Part shown: in pieces, positions 1-8,764 of the stretch | Layout: each line of letters begins with the position of its first letter | Numbering within the stretch: position 1 is the stretch's first letter | Assembly (NCBI GenBank): GCA_964346475.1 | Contig: CAYFUM010000002.1 | Span: 23,094 to 87,093, forward strand | Source: an uncultured Peptostreptococcaceae bacterium | Lineage (GTDB): Bacteria > Bacillota > Clostridia > Peptostreptococcales > Acidaminobacteraceae | Length of the DNA: 64,000 nucleotides | Reading direction: 5' to 3' | Translations under genes and position numbers: made by a program | The notes under the pieces: generated by a model | Databases searched by the model: none | What the model saw: only the letters and a program-made list of their open reading frames with translations | What the model was told of the DNA's origin: nothing

Positions 1-1498
1 GCCATCGGTAGCTCCTAGGTCTATAAAAGCACCATAGCTAGTAAATCTGCGGACAATACCCTCACGAATTTGACCAGCTTCTAAACCAGACCAGAATTCA
101 TCCAACTCTTCTTTGCGTTCTTTTTCTATTACGCCTTTTCTAGAAAGTACCACTTGATTTCTACGTCTATCAAAATCAAGGAATTCTACTTCACAATCTT
201 CACCAATAAACTGATTAAGATCACGTACGAAGTTAATATCAACATGGCTTGCTGGAATAAAAGCACGGATGTCGTTAAAGTGGGCAGATAGGCCACCCTT
301 AACAACCTCAGTAATTTTTACTGTAACAGTTTCCTTATTGTTGAACTTTTCTTCTAGTAATTCCCAGTCCTTGCGAGAACGTAGACGCTTACTGGAAAGC
401 AAGACATCTCCTTCCCCGTTATCTCTTTTTAAAACAAGAACGCTCAGTTCATCATCTACTTTAAAAAGTTCATCTAGGGGTAGACCATCAGGATTGGAGA
501 TTTCCTCTATAGGCAAAATTCCATCAGCCTTATAGCCGATGTTTACCACAACTCCGTCGTCCTTTACCATGACGACCTTTCCCGATACAACCTCATTTCT
601 TTTAGGGGCAGAAAAGGATGCCTGTTCCATCATTTCTTTCATTGACAAGTTTTCCATGCGATAGTTACTCCTTACAGTCTCATTTTGCATATACGCTATT
701 ATTTCATCTACTACCCATTGGGGTGTAGAAGCGCCTGCACTAACACCGATTATACCATACTTTTGCAAATCATGCAGCATAATTTCTTCGACGTTTTCGA
801 CATGCAGGCTATTTTTGTTAATATTTTTACAAATTTCCAAAAGTTTTTTAGTATTTGAGCTTTCCTTACCCCCGATGATAATCATTAGATCAACTTCAGA
901 GGCAAGTTTCGCCGCAGCTTCCTGTCTTAACTTGGTCGCAGAACAGATGGTATTTATTGCCTGAAGCTTGGTCTTTTTTTCAAGAATGCTAACTGCCCCA
1001 TCAAAGAAATCCTTATTCAAGGTCGTCTGAGCTAGAAGCACCAGCTCTTCTCCAGGGCTATATTCTTCTACAGCCTCTAAAGAGCCCAGAACCCTGATCT
1101 TACCATCACCCCAGCTCACAATGCCTATAATCTCTGGATGACTTATATCCCCTAAAACCACTATGTCCTTACCCTTGGCTAGAAAGCTTTTCACATGGTC
1201 GTGAATCCTTTTTACAAAGGGGCAGGTAGCATCGCTATACTTGATTCCATGAAGCTCCATAAATTCATAGACTTCTTTACTTACTCCGTGGGACCTTATA
1301 AGAAGGGGTAGTTCCATTCTCTCTTCTAGTTTATCTACCGTAATCACACCAAGTTTTTTCAACCTATTAATCTCATCTTCATTATGAATTAGAGGGCCAT
1401 AGCTGAGGATTTTACTATCCTTTGATAGTTCTTCTGCCATGGCAATAGCTCTTGAAACTCCAAAGCAAAAACCCATGGTCTCGCTAAATTTAATAATC
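1..1498 (-). CDS. ispH: 4-hydroxy-3-methylbut-2-enyl diphosphate reductase (IspH/LytB) fused in frame to ribosomal protein S1-type repeats; 3' end runs off the window
   Basis: Not in the ORF track because there is no stop inside the window. My reverse-complement translation from ATG 1498 gives MIIKFSETMGFCFGVSRAIAMAEE..LLIRSHGVSKEVYEF..DATCPFVKRIH..HPEIIGIVSW..LLAQTT..NTICSATKLRQ..IIGGKESSNTKKL..GVSAGASTP, all hallmark IspH blocks. The frame stays open past ~660 into S1 OB-fold sequence (VVSGKVVMVKDDGVVVNIGYKADGILPIEEIS). Confidence 0.9.
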
Positions 1499-2080
1499 AT
1501 CGCTTTCCTCTCTAAGTTTTTCGTAGATCTCAAGGAGTAGGCTGTTGACAATAGAGCGGTAAGCCTGGGAATTTAGTCTCTCAAAGCCAAACTCCCCCAC
1601 TGCTCTTACGGGCATAATAAAAACCTTAACGGGTCGAAATAATTTAAAATTTCCCACCACAGCCATAGGTAGAATATCAACCTTGGCTTGGGAGGCCATC
1701 ATAACTGCACCGCTCTTACCTTCCAGTGGTATCAACTGTCCATTTCTGGTTCCCTCGGGAAAAATAAGAAGGCTGCTATCCTTAAGTTTGGAAATAGAAA
1801 GTTTAATGGCAGCTAGATCTAACTGATCCCTGTCCACGGGAAAGGCATCTACATTATTTAATAGATGTTTTAGGATTGGTATCTTAAATAGTTCGGTTTT
1901 GGCTATCACATAGAAGTGCCTTTGGTAAGCCATATTTACCATAAAAGGATCCAGTATATGGCCATGGTTAGCCATAATAAGGACCCTTTCATCGGGAATA
2001 TTCTCCCTACCATGAATTTCTATCGGATAAATTACTTTTAAAATAAAATTTACTATAGCACTAGCTATTCTGCGAAACAT
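1490..2080 (-). CDS. plsC: 1-acyl-sn-glycerol-3-phosphate acyltransferase
   Basis: 196-aa ORF with the acyltransferase H-x4-D box (NHGHILDPF) and an FPEGTR block. Its stop overlaps the ispH start by 9 nt. Confidence 0.85.
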   Translation of the reverse strand: MFRRIASAIVNFILKVIYPIEIHGRENIPDERVLIMANHGHILDPFMVNMAYQRHFYVIAKTELFKIPILKHLLNNVDAFPVDRDQLDLAAIKLSISKLKDSSLLIFPEGTRNGQLIPLEGKSGAVMMASQAKVDILPMAVVGNFKLFRPVKVFIMPVRAVGEFGFERLNSQAYRSIVNSLLLEIYEKLREESDDY

Positions 2081-2702
2081 CTCTTATTATTGCCTCCACC
2101 CTTTCAAGAACCTCTTCAAGTTCCATATTTGTAGAATCAATCAGCAGAGCATCCTGGGCCATTACTAGGGGAGCCAAATCCCTGGTGGAATCGATGGTAT
2201 CCCTTCTTTTAATGTCTAAAAGTATATCATCATAGCTCATTTTATTGCTTCTTTGAAGGTATCTTCGTCGAGCTCTTTCCTCAGGACTAGCCGTTAGAAA
2301 GACCTTAACCTCAGCATGGGGAAAAACGGCAGTTCCAATGTCCCTGCCATCCATAACTGTACTAGACCTACCAGCCTCCTCCCTTTGCAGTTCAAGGAGT
2401 CTTTGTCTGACAGAGGCCATGGCAGAGTAATAGGACACTCTTTCATCTACCTCCTTACTCCTGAGCTCTTGGTAGAGTTTTCTACCATCTATTTCTAGCC
2501 CACCTTCTAGAGAGCTGATTTTTAAGCTGGGGAGCAGAGGTAAAAGATCCTCTTCCCTCTCCAAGCCTTTTTCCAGGGCCCAGTAGGTAAGACCACGAAA
2601 CATAGCACCTGTATCTATATAATTAAAGCCAAGCCTCTTTGCCAAGGCTTTGGCAACTGTAGATTTACCTGAAGCTGCCGGGCCATCAATTGCGACAATC
2701 AT
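2061..2702 (-). CDS. cmk: cytidylate (CMP) kinase
   Basis: 213 aa with N-terminal P-loop IVAIDGPAASGKSTVAK. Sits in the cmk-(plsC)-S1 neighbourhood typical of Firmicutes. Confidence 0.9.
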   Translation of the reverse strand: MIVAIDGPAASGKSTVAKALAKRLGFNYIDTGAMFRGLTYWALEKGLEREEDLLPLLPSLKISSLEGGLEIDGRKLYQELRSKEVDERVSYYSAMASVRQRLLELQREEAGRSSTVMDGRDIGTAVFPHAEVKVFLTASPEERARRRYLQRSNKMSYDDILLDIKRRDTIDSTRDLAPLVMAQDALLIDSTNMELEEVLERVEAIIRDVSQNS

Positions 2703-2712
2703 ATTTACCTCA

Positions 2713-3564
2713 CTAAAAGTATACCTCCTGCTCCTCCCAAAGCTGCTCTAATACCTTTAACTTCGCCTCAGTAAACTCTATATCATCATAGGCTAAGCAG
2801 GTTATAAGAGTGTTTAAAAGAGCAAGTGGTGCCACTAGAGAATCAATAAATGAGTCTCTGGAATAAGGAGCTAGAAGGGTATGGACAGAGTACTGGGCAA
2901 TAGGCGCATCAAGATTATCTGTTATAGCAACAATCTGTCCTCCCTGCTGTTTTATATACTTAGCCATTTCAATTGTACTTCTAGCATATCTAGGAAAACT
3001 AAACATAACAACCAGGTCATCTTTTTTTACATGCACCAGCTGTTCAAAAAGATCTAGTACATTACTTTCTAGAATCCTGACATTATCATGGAAGAAATTT
3101 AAATAATAGTAGAGATAGTCCACTAGTACACCCGAAGACCTCTTACCAAGTAAGAATACCCTAGTGGAGGAAGAAATTTTACTGGCAGCAAGTTTAACGG
3201 CAGGTAGGTTTATCATTTCGTAGATATTTGTCAGGTCATTTAAATCCCTTCTTAGTGATTGAACTAAGAGGGAATATTTATCCTGGGCTTCCAAGTTTTG
3301 CGTGAGTTTAAGCCTGGTGCTCCTCGCTGCATGACTACAGCTTCTAAGGTGCTCTTGGAAGGCGGGATAACCCTCATAGCCCAAACTTGTCGCAAAGCGA
3401 ACCACAGTGGATTCGCTTATGCCAAGGTTAGATGCAATTTTTCTAGCTGTCATATAAACTGCCCTATCAGAGTGTTGCAGAATATAATCTGCAACTCTCT
3501 GATGGGATTTACTTAAGGCTTCATAGTTTTCTGCAATTATCTTAAAGGTGTTATTCTTTTTCAT
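2713..3564 (-). CDS. RpiR/MurR-family transcriptional regulator (HTH + SIS domain)
   Basis: 283 aa with an N-terminal HTH segment (ARKIASNLGISESTVVRFATSLGYEGY) followed by a SIS-like sugar-phosphate-binding half. The start overlaps the upstream oxidoreductase gamma gene by 14 nt. Confidence 0.8.
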   Translation of the reverse strand: MKKNNTFKIIAENYEALSKSHQRVADYILQHSDRAVYMTARKIASNLGISESTVVRFATSLGYEGYPAFQEHLRSCSHAARSTRLKLTQNLEAQDKYSLLVQSLRRDLNDLTNIYEMINLPAVKLAASKISSSTRVFLLGKRSSGVLVDYLYYYLNFFHDNVRILESNVLDLFEQLVHVKKDDLVVMFSFPRYARSTIEMAKYIKQQGGQIVAITDNLDAPIAQYSVHTLLAPYSRDSFIDSLVAPLALLNTLITCLAYDDIEFTEAKLKVLEQLWEEQEVYF

Positions 3565-4096
3565 TCCACTTCTTTACAAGACCTATCCCCTCCTCAACGG
3601 CTCGGATATTAATGTCTTCAGTACCTCTCGGAACCCTAGCAAGTACTGTTTCTATTAGAGCTTCCTTAGAGAAAATCTTGGTTATCTCTAGGATTGAACC
3701 CAAGGAAACTATGTTTGCGGTAATCTCTTTACCTATGGTATTTCTAGCAGTCTCTACAATAGGAAGACGATAGATAATCTCAGTACCGGGATTATGATTT
3801 AGACTTATTTTGTCATCTATAATTAGCACAGTAGAGGGTTTTAAATCCTTGGCAAACTTGTCTGCAGCAGCCTGGGATAGACAGAGGACGTAGTTAGGAC
3901 TTTGGACCTTGGGAAAATATATTTCATCCTCAGCAATTATAACCTCACAGCGGCTAGCGCCACCCCTGGCTTCAGGACCATAGCACTGGCTCTGTAGGGC
4001 GTTCATACCTTGATTTATGGCAGTCTCAGCCATTATTACGCCGAGGAGGATGACACCCTGTCCACCTGCGCCTGAAAAACTAAATTCTTGTCTCAC
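3551..4096 (-). CDS. 2-oxoacid:ferredoxin oxidoreductase, gamma subunit
   Basis: 181 aa with the GAGGQGV loop at the N-terminus, as in OFOR gamma subunits. It is the fourth gene of a delta-alpha-beta-gamma set and overlaps beta by 17 nt. Confidence 0.85.
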   Translation of the reverse strand: MRQEFSFSGAGGQGVILLGVIMAETAINQGMNALQSQCYGPEARGGASRCEVIIAEDEIYFPKVQSPNYVLCLSQAAADKFAKDLKPSTVLIIDDKISLNHNPGTEIIYRLPIVETARNTIGKEITANIVSLGSILEITKIFSKEALIETVLARVPRGTEDINIRAVEEGIGLVKKWNEKE

Positions 4097-4919
4097 CGTT
4101 CTCCTCCACTCTTCTTTGCATTTGGGCTAGGGCCTCAGTGTATTCAATCTCTTCTTTATTGACAAACTCACCAAAGGGGAACTTACCAGCTCTTTTTTCT
4201 TCATCCAATCTCTCATAGGCTCTCTTCTCAACGAAGGTATCCTTCATCCACTGGATCATGGCAACTGCATCTCCAATGCGGTTTTTCCTACCATAATAGG
4301 TAGGACAACAAGAAATTGCTTCGACAATACTAAGCCCTTTATGAGTGATGGCTTTTTTAATATAGCCTGTAAGCTGAATAGCGTGATAGGCAGTTCCTCT
4401 AGCTACATAGGTAGCACCAGCCCCTTCTACTAATTTAACAAGATCAAAGGCTCTATCAACATTTCCAAAGGGAGCTGTTGTTCCCAGGGCCTCATGGGGT
4501 GTTGTTGGTGAATACTGGCCCCCTGTCATACCATAGATGTTGTTATTAAAGACAATCACTGTCAAATCAATATTTCTCCTACAGGCATGGATCAGGTGGT
4601 TACCACCGATTGCACTGGCATCTCCATCTCCTGTAATGACTATGACATCAAGCTTTGGATTGGCCAATTTAACCCCTGTAGCAAAGGCAATAGCCCTACC
4701 ATGAGTCGTGTGTAGGGTATTAAAATCCAGGTAACCTGCAGCCCTTGAAGAGCAGCCTATTCCAGAAACAATAACCACATTGTCTGGGTCCATCCCAAGC
4801 TCGTCAATAGCCTTGGTTATGGCCCGAGTTGTAATTCCATTACTACAACCTGGACACCAAATATGGGGAAGGTTTCCTACCCTAAAATATTTATCAACTA
4901 ATTTACTTCTCTCGGTCAT
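4080..4919 (-). CDS. 2-oxoacid:ferredoxin oxidoreductase, beta (TPP-binding) subunit
   Basis: Has HIWCPGCSNG near the N-terminus and the TPP motif GDGDASAIGGNH. The track ORF extends to 4973, but the ATG at 4919 (MTERSKL) has AGGAG 8 nt upstream and is the more likely start. Confidence 0.85.
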   Translation of the reverse strand: MTERSKLVDKYFRVGNLPHIWCPGCSNGITTRAITKAIDELGMDPDNVVIVSGIGCSSRAAGYLDFNTLHTTHGRAIAFATGVKLANPKLDVIVITGDGDASAIGGNHLIHACRRNIDLTVIVFNNNIYGMTGGQYSPTTPHEALGTTAPFGNVDRAFDLVKLVEGAGATYVARGTAYHAIQLTGYIKKAITHKGLSIVEAISCCPTYYGRKNRIGDAVAMIQWMKDTFVEKRAYERLDEEKRAGKFPFGEFVNKEEIEYTEALAQMQRRVEENGETRI

Positions 4920-6045
4920 TGAAGAACTCCTTTGCACGTTCAACGAACTCATCGGGGACCAGGATGTCGCCATTGGCTCTTCCCATATGGCTTACTTCAG
5001 TTCTTCCACAGGCAATCCTTTGGACTTCTAGGAAGTATTGTCCCATATTCATCTCAGCTACGCATATTCCCTTGACTCTTTTTGAAATATCCTCAATGGC
5101 CTTTTCAGGCGATGGCCATATAGTTATAGGCCTGAAGAGACCTACCTTATAGCCTTCTTTTCTAAGCTGGTGCACTGCGGGCACTGCAGATCTGGAAGTA
5201 GAGCCATAGGAAATAAAGACATACTCAGCATCATCCATATAAAGCTCTTCAAAATCTAGGATTTCCTCGTCCTTGAGTTTATTATGAATCCTCTCCAGCA
5301 TGATCTGAGCATTTTCCTGGGAGTTGCTGGGAAACCCTGTTTCACTGTGGAAAAGACCTGTTATGTTATAGCGATGTCCTGTACCAAAGGGTGCAAATCT
5401 GGGAACTAAATCCCCTTCTTCTACACCAAAGGGTCTATAGGGTCTGTCTTCAAGGGGAAGCAGTCTGTCAAAAATTTCAACCTCTCCCTGATCAGGTAGG
5501 ATAATTTTTTCTCTTGCATGGCCTATAACTTCGTCGGTTAGAAGGATAACAGGTGTCCTGTATTTTTCTGCGAGATTAAAGGCCCGGATAGTTAAGTAGA
5601 AGGTCTCAGTAACAGAATTAGGAGAAAGGGCAATGATGGCACTATCGCCATGAGTACCCCACTTGGCCTGCATAATATCTCCCTGGGCGGTTTGGGTTGG
5701 TAGACCTGTAGAGGGGCCTCCCCTTTGAACATCGATAATCACCAGGGGTATTTCTGACATTACAGCATAACCTAGATTCTCTTGTTTAAGTGTAAAGCCT
5801 GGTCCTGAGGTGGCTGTCATGGATTTCTTACCGGCTATAGATGCTCCTATTGCAGCAGCTATTCCACCAATCTCGTCCTCCATCTGAATAAAGGTGCCGC
5901 CAACTCTGGGTAGTAGCTCAGCAGATATTTCCGCAATTTCTGTCGAAGGAGTAATGGGATATCCAGAATAAAACTTCATTCCTGCATAGAGGGCTCCCCT
6001 GACGCAGGCCTCATTACCCTGCATAAGTAAAGGTTTTTTATTCAC
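4903..6045 (-). CDS. 2-oxoacid:ferredoxin oxidoreductase, alpha subunit
   Basis: 380 aa with the N-terminus MQGNEACVRGALYAGMKFYSGYPITPSTEI typical of KorA/VorA-type alpha subunits. The substrate (2-oxoglutarate or branched 2-oxoacids) cannot be told from sequence by eye. Confidence 0.85.
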   Translation of the reverse strand: MNKKPLLMQGNEACVRGALYAGMKFYSGYPITPSTEIAEISAELLPRVGGTFIQMEDEIGGIAAAIGASIAGKKSMTATSGPGFTLKQENLGYAVMSEIPLVIIDVQRGGPSTGLPTQTAQGDIMQAKWGTHGDSAIIALSPNSVTETFYLTIRAFNLAEKYRTPVILLTDEVIGHAREKIILPDQGEVEIFDRLLPLEDRPYRPFGVEEGDLVPRFAPFGTGHRYNITGLFHSETGFPSNSQENAQIMLERIHNKLKDEEILDFEELYMDDAEYVFISYGSTSRSAVPAVHQLRKEGYKVGLFRPITIWPSPEKAIEDISKRVKGICVAEMNMGQYFLEVQRIACGRTEVSHMGRANGDILVPDEFVERAKEFFNDREK

Positions 6046-6247
6046 TGTCTCCCTCCTCTAAGTAGATTGCAAAATCCGGGCAACGCAGTTCGCATTGGCC
6101 GCATTTAATGCACTTGTCAAGAGCGATAATTTTACATTTGTTGTCCTCGACGACCTTTAAAACATCGGTGGGACAAAAGGCTACACAAATTCCACATCCT
6201 TTGCAGGAGCTGCGGTTTAGGCGTAGCACAAGATTTTCTCTACTCAC
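6038..6247 (-). CDS. 2-oxoacid:ferredoxin oxidoreductase, delta subunit (2x[4Fe-4S] ferredoxin)
   Basis: 69 aa with two cluster motifs, CKGCGICVAFCP and CIKCGQCELRCP. It has a GTG start with GGAGG 7 nt upstream. Confidence 0.85.
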   Translation of the reverse strand: MSRENLVLRLNRSSCKGCGICVAFCPTDVLKVVEDNKCKIIALDKCIKCGQCELRCPDFAIYLEEGDSE

Positions 6248-6274
6248 AATATGCCTCCCTTTATTAATAATTAT

Positions 6275-6302
6275 ATTTTACCACTTCTTAGGAATATTGC
6301 AA
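6275..6302 (-). promoter_or_regulatory. sigma-A type promoter of the oxidoreductase operon
   Basis: On the minus strand: TTGCAA (6302-6297), a 16-nt spacer ending in TGg, then TAAAAT (6280-6275), about 25 nt upstream of the RBS. Confidence 0.5.
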
Positions 6303-6352
6303 TAAAAAATGCAAGGCTTTATTATTCATAGAAATTGAAAGTAGCATTGCAT

Positions 6353-6868
6353 TCATTTTTTTATAATTATCCAGGCTTCTGGTGGTCTATTGGTGCCATT
6401 ATGGTGGACTAGTCTGAAGACATCTGCGTAGCCTTGATCTATTTCAAGATCTTTAAGCATTTGAATTTCTTCCTGACCCTGACTATGGCCATAGGCGACT
6501 ATCAGCACTCTTCCTCCAGATACCAGGAGCTTTAGGCTTGCTAAAATAGCCTTTTTTGTGGTGGAAGCCTGGGTAGAAAACTCTTTATTACCTCCTGGTA
6601 GATAACCAAGATTAAAAATTACAAGGTCCACCCTCTCATCTACCAAGTCCCCCATCTCAGAATGGCAGCAGTTATAGAGTCTTGTATTATAGCCTTCTAG
6701 AAGCTTCCTACTCCTATCATAGGCCTCCTTTTGCAGCTCAAAACCTATAAGAAGCCGGGACCTCTTAGCTAGAATAAGAGCATCTTTCCCTCTGCCTAGA
6801 GTGGCATCTATACTTATATCAAGTTTGTCTGGAATTAATGAGTGAACAAAATCAAGGGCGGATTTCAT
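6353..6868 (-). CDS. mnmM: class I SAM-dependent methyltransferase, YtqB/MnmM-like (tRNA mnm5s2U34 methyltransferase candidate)
   Basis: 171 aa with IDATLGRGKDA and FNLGYLPGGNK blocks that match my recollection of B. subtilis YtqB (FNLGYLPGGDK). Confidence 0.65.
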   Translation of the reverse strand: MKSALDFVHSLIPDKLDISIDATLGRGKDALILAKRSRLLIGFELQKEAYDRSRKLLEGYNTRLYNCCHSEMGDLVDERVDLVIFNLGYLPGGNKEFSTQASTTKKAILASLKLLVSGGRVLIVAYGHSQGQEEIQMLKDLEIDQGYADVFRLVHHNGTNRPPEAWIIIKK

Positions 6869-7547
6869 TTTTCAGCCCTTCAACATCCTTTATCTTAAGG
6901 GGTCTAAATTCACCAGGAGCCAAATCATCTAGCTTAAAAGGTCCTACTCTAAGTCTAGTTAGGCTGACAACTCTTTTCCCCCTGGATTCCACCATCCTTC
7001 TTATCTGCCTATTTCTTCCTTCGACTAGGGTGAATAGATATCTATTTCTTCCAAGTTTTCTTATTTCTACAGGTCTAGTCCTATAGCCCTCTATTTCTAC
7101 TCCCTTGGTTAAAGCTCCTAAATCTTCCTGGCTTAGGTCTCCATTTAATATCACCAGATAATCCTTATCAATACCATAACGAGGATGGATAAAAAGCTGA
7201 GCAAAATCCCCATCATTGGTAAGAAGAATCAGGCCCTCGCTTTCGTAGTCAAGTCTTCCAACTGGGTAGATTCTCTTTTTTCCCAGGTAGTAGTCTAGGA
7301 TGGTCTTTCTCCCTCTATTGTCCTTTACTGTGGAGAGGACCCCCCTAGGTTTGTTAAAGGCAAAGTAGACAAAACTTTCTGAACCCAGCAGAGGCTCTCC
7401 ATCAAGTAGGATGTCATCCAGGGGCCCTACCCTTTCACCAAGAACCGCTAGCTTTCCATTGACTTGTACCCTGCCCTCAAGAATTATTTTTTCACACTTC
7501 CTTCTGGAATCCACACCAGCCCTGGCCATGTATTGTTGTAGTTTCAT
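6852..7547 (-). CDS. rluB: 23S rRNA pseudouridine synthase (RsuA/RluB family)
   Basis: Has an N-terminal S4 domain (KLQQYMARAGVDSRRKCEKII) and the catalytic block GRLDYESEGLILLTNDG. It follows scpB as in other Firmicutes. Confidence 0.85.
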   Translation of the reverse strand: MKLQQYMARAGVDSRRKCEKIILEGRVQVNGKLAVLGERVGPLDDILLDGEPLLGSESFVYFAFNKPRGVLSTVKDNRGRKTILDYYLGKKRIYPVGRLDYESEGLILLTNDGDFAQLFIHPRYGIDKDYLVILNGDLSQEDLGALTKGVEIEGYRTRPVEIRKLGRNRYLFTLVEGRNRQIRRMVESRGKRVVSLTRLRVGPFKLDDLAPGEFRPLKIKDVEGLKNEIRP

Positions 7548-7548
7548 A

Positions 7549-8049
7549 CTATTCTCCCAGACTTGGAAGTTCCTCCAAATCTTTCATTTTGAAATTCCTT
7601 AAGAATCTATCCGTTGTAGAATAGAGTCTTGGACTACCCAGGGTATCTAACACCCCAGACACCTTGATAAGATCCCTATCTAGAAGCAGTCTAAGGGAAT
7701 AATCTGAAGAAACACCCCTTAATTCATCTATTTGAGCTCTGGTTATGGGCTGTCTATAGGCTACTATGGATAGGACCTCTAAACTTGAGGGTCCCAGGCC
7801 CCTATGGGGGGATGATCCGATAAAGGCCTCCACCAGTTCCTGGTAGAGATCATTGGTGGCCAGCTGATAAAAGTTGCCAAAGGAGACAATAGTAAGAGCC
7901 TTGGCCTGATCCCAATACTCCTTTTTTAAACTTTCCACCAACTCTTCAACCCTGGAAGTTTTTATCTCCAAAAGGGAGGCAATTTTATCCCTGGATAGGG
8001 GCTCTCTTGCAATAAACAAAAGAAGTTCTAACTTTCTAATTTCTTCCAT
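7549..8049 (-). CDS. scpB: segregation and condensation protein B
   Basis: 166 aa with winged-helix repeats (EALLFIA-like LLFIAREPLS, ..AYRQPITRAQIDELRGV). It sits immediately after scpA. Confidence 0.9.
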   Translation of the reverse strand: MEEIRKLELLLFIAREPLSRDKIASLLEIKTSRVEELVESLKKEYWDQAKALTIVSFGNFYQLATNDLYQELVEAFIGSSPHRGLGPSSLEVLSIVAYRQPITRAQIDELRGVSSDYSLRLLLDRDLIKVSGVLDTLGSPRLYSTTDRFLRNFKMKDLEELPSLGE

Positions 8050-8764
8050 CTCGCCTCCTTTCTATTAAAATATCACTAAAGCTTTTTTCTTGATGTAGCA
8101 GGACTCTCTGGTCCTGGGCTAGTTTTAAAAGGGCCAAAAAACTAGCAACGGATTTACCCCTGGGAACATCCTCTATTAGAGATGAAAACTCTAGCCTATC
8201 CCTATAAGAAAGATAGGTGAGGATTTCCTTTTGCTCCACAAATACTGAAAAGCTTTCCCTCTTAAGCCTCTCCTGAAGGAGTTCCTGAGAGCCCTCATCC
8301 CAGCGGTTGAGGAGGTTTTCCATGGCTACTTTTAGCTCTAGAGCCTCAGAAGAAAAATCCAAATTAGCAGGTTTTGGTTTAGGTAGTTGAATTGGCAAAT
8401 CATCGCTATAGATTCTCAGAGGTAACTCCCTAGCTGTAAGAAATTCCCTAGCTTCCTTGACCCTCTGGTATTCAAGGAGCCTGGTTATTAGATAATATCT
8501 GGGATCCTTATCATCCTCTTTGACAGACTCCAGCATATGATCAGGTAGCAAAAGCCTGGATTTAATTTCTAAAAGATAGGCCGCCATGCTAATAAATTCC
8601 GCCACCTCTTCCGAGGGAATTGTCCTGGTCTTCATTTCAAGAAGGAAGCTACCCGTTATCCTGTGGATGGGAATGTTGTAGACATCCACCTTCTCTTTGC
8701 TTATAAGCTCTAAAAGGAGCTCTAAAGGGCCACTAAATTCTTCAAGACTGATATTTAATTCCAC
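8036..8764 (-). CDS. scpA: segregation and condensation protein A (kleisin)
   Basis: 242 aa. The N-terminus FSGPLELLLELISKEKVDVYNIPI is the typical ScpA signature. Confidence 0.9.
   Translation of the reverse strand: MELNISLEEFSGPLELLLELISKEKVDVYNIPIHRITGSFLLEMKTRTIPSEEVAEFISMAAYLLEIKSRLLLPDHMLESVKEDDKDPRYYLITRLLEYQRVKEAREFLTARELPLRIYSDDLPIQLPKPKPANLDFSSEALELKVAMENLLNRWDEGSQELLQERLKRESFSVFVEQKEILTYLSYRDRLEFSSLIEDVPRGKSVASFLALLKLAQDQRVLLHQEKSFSDILIERRRDGRN

Noticed and set aside
269-535. 88-aa plus-strand ORF at the window start, the only ORF the track reports for 1-1489.
   Set aside because: It is antisense to the continuous IspH-S1 reading frame and its composition is Ser/Leu-rich. The real gene is on the minus strand and was omitted from the track only because it lacks a stop inside the window.
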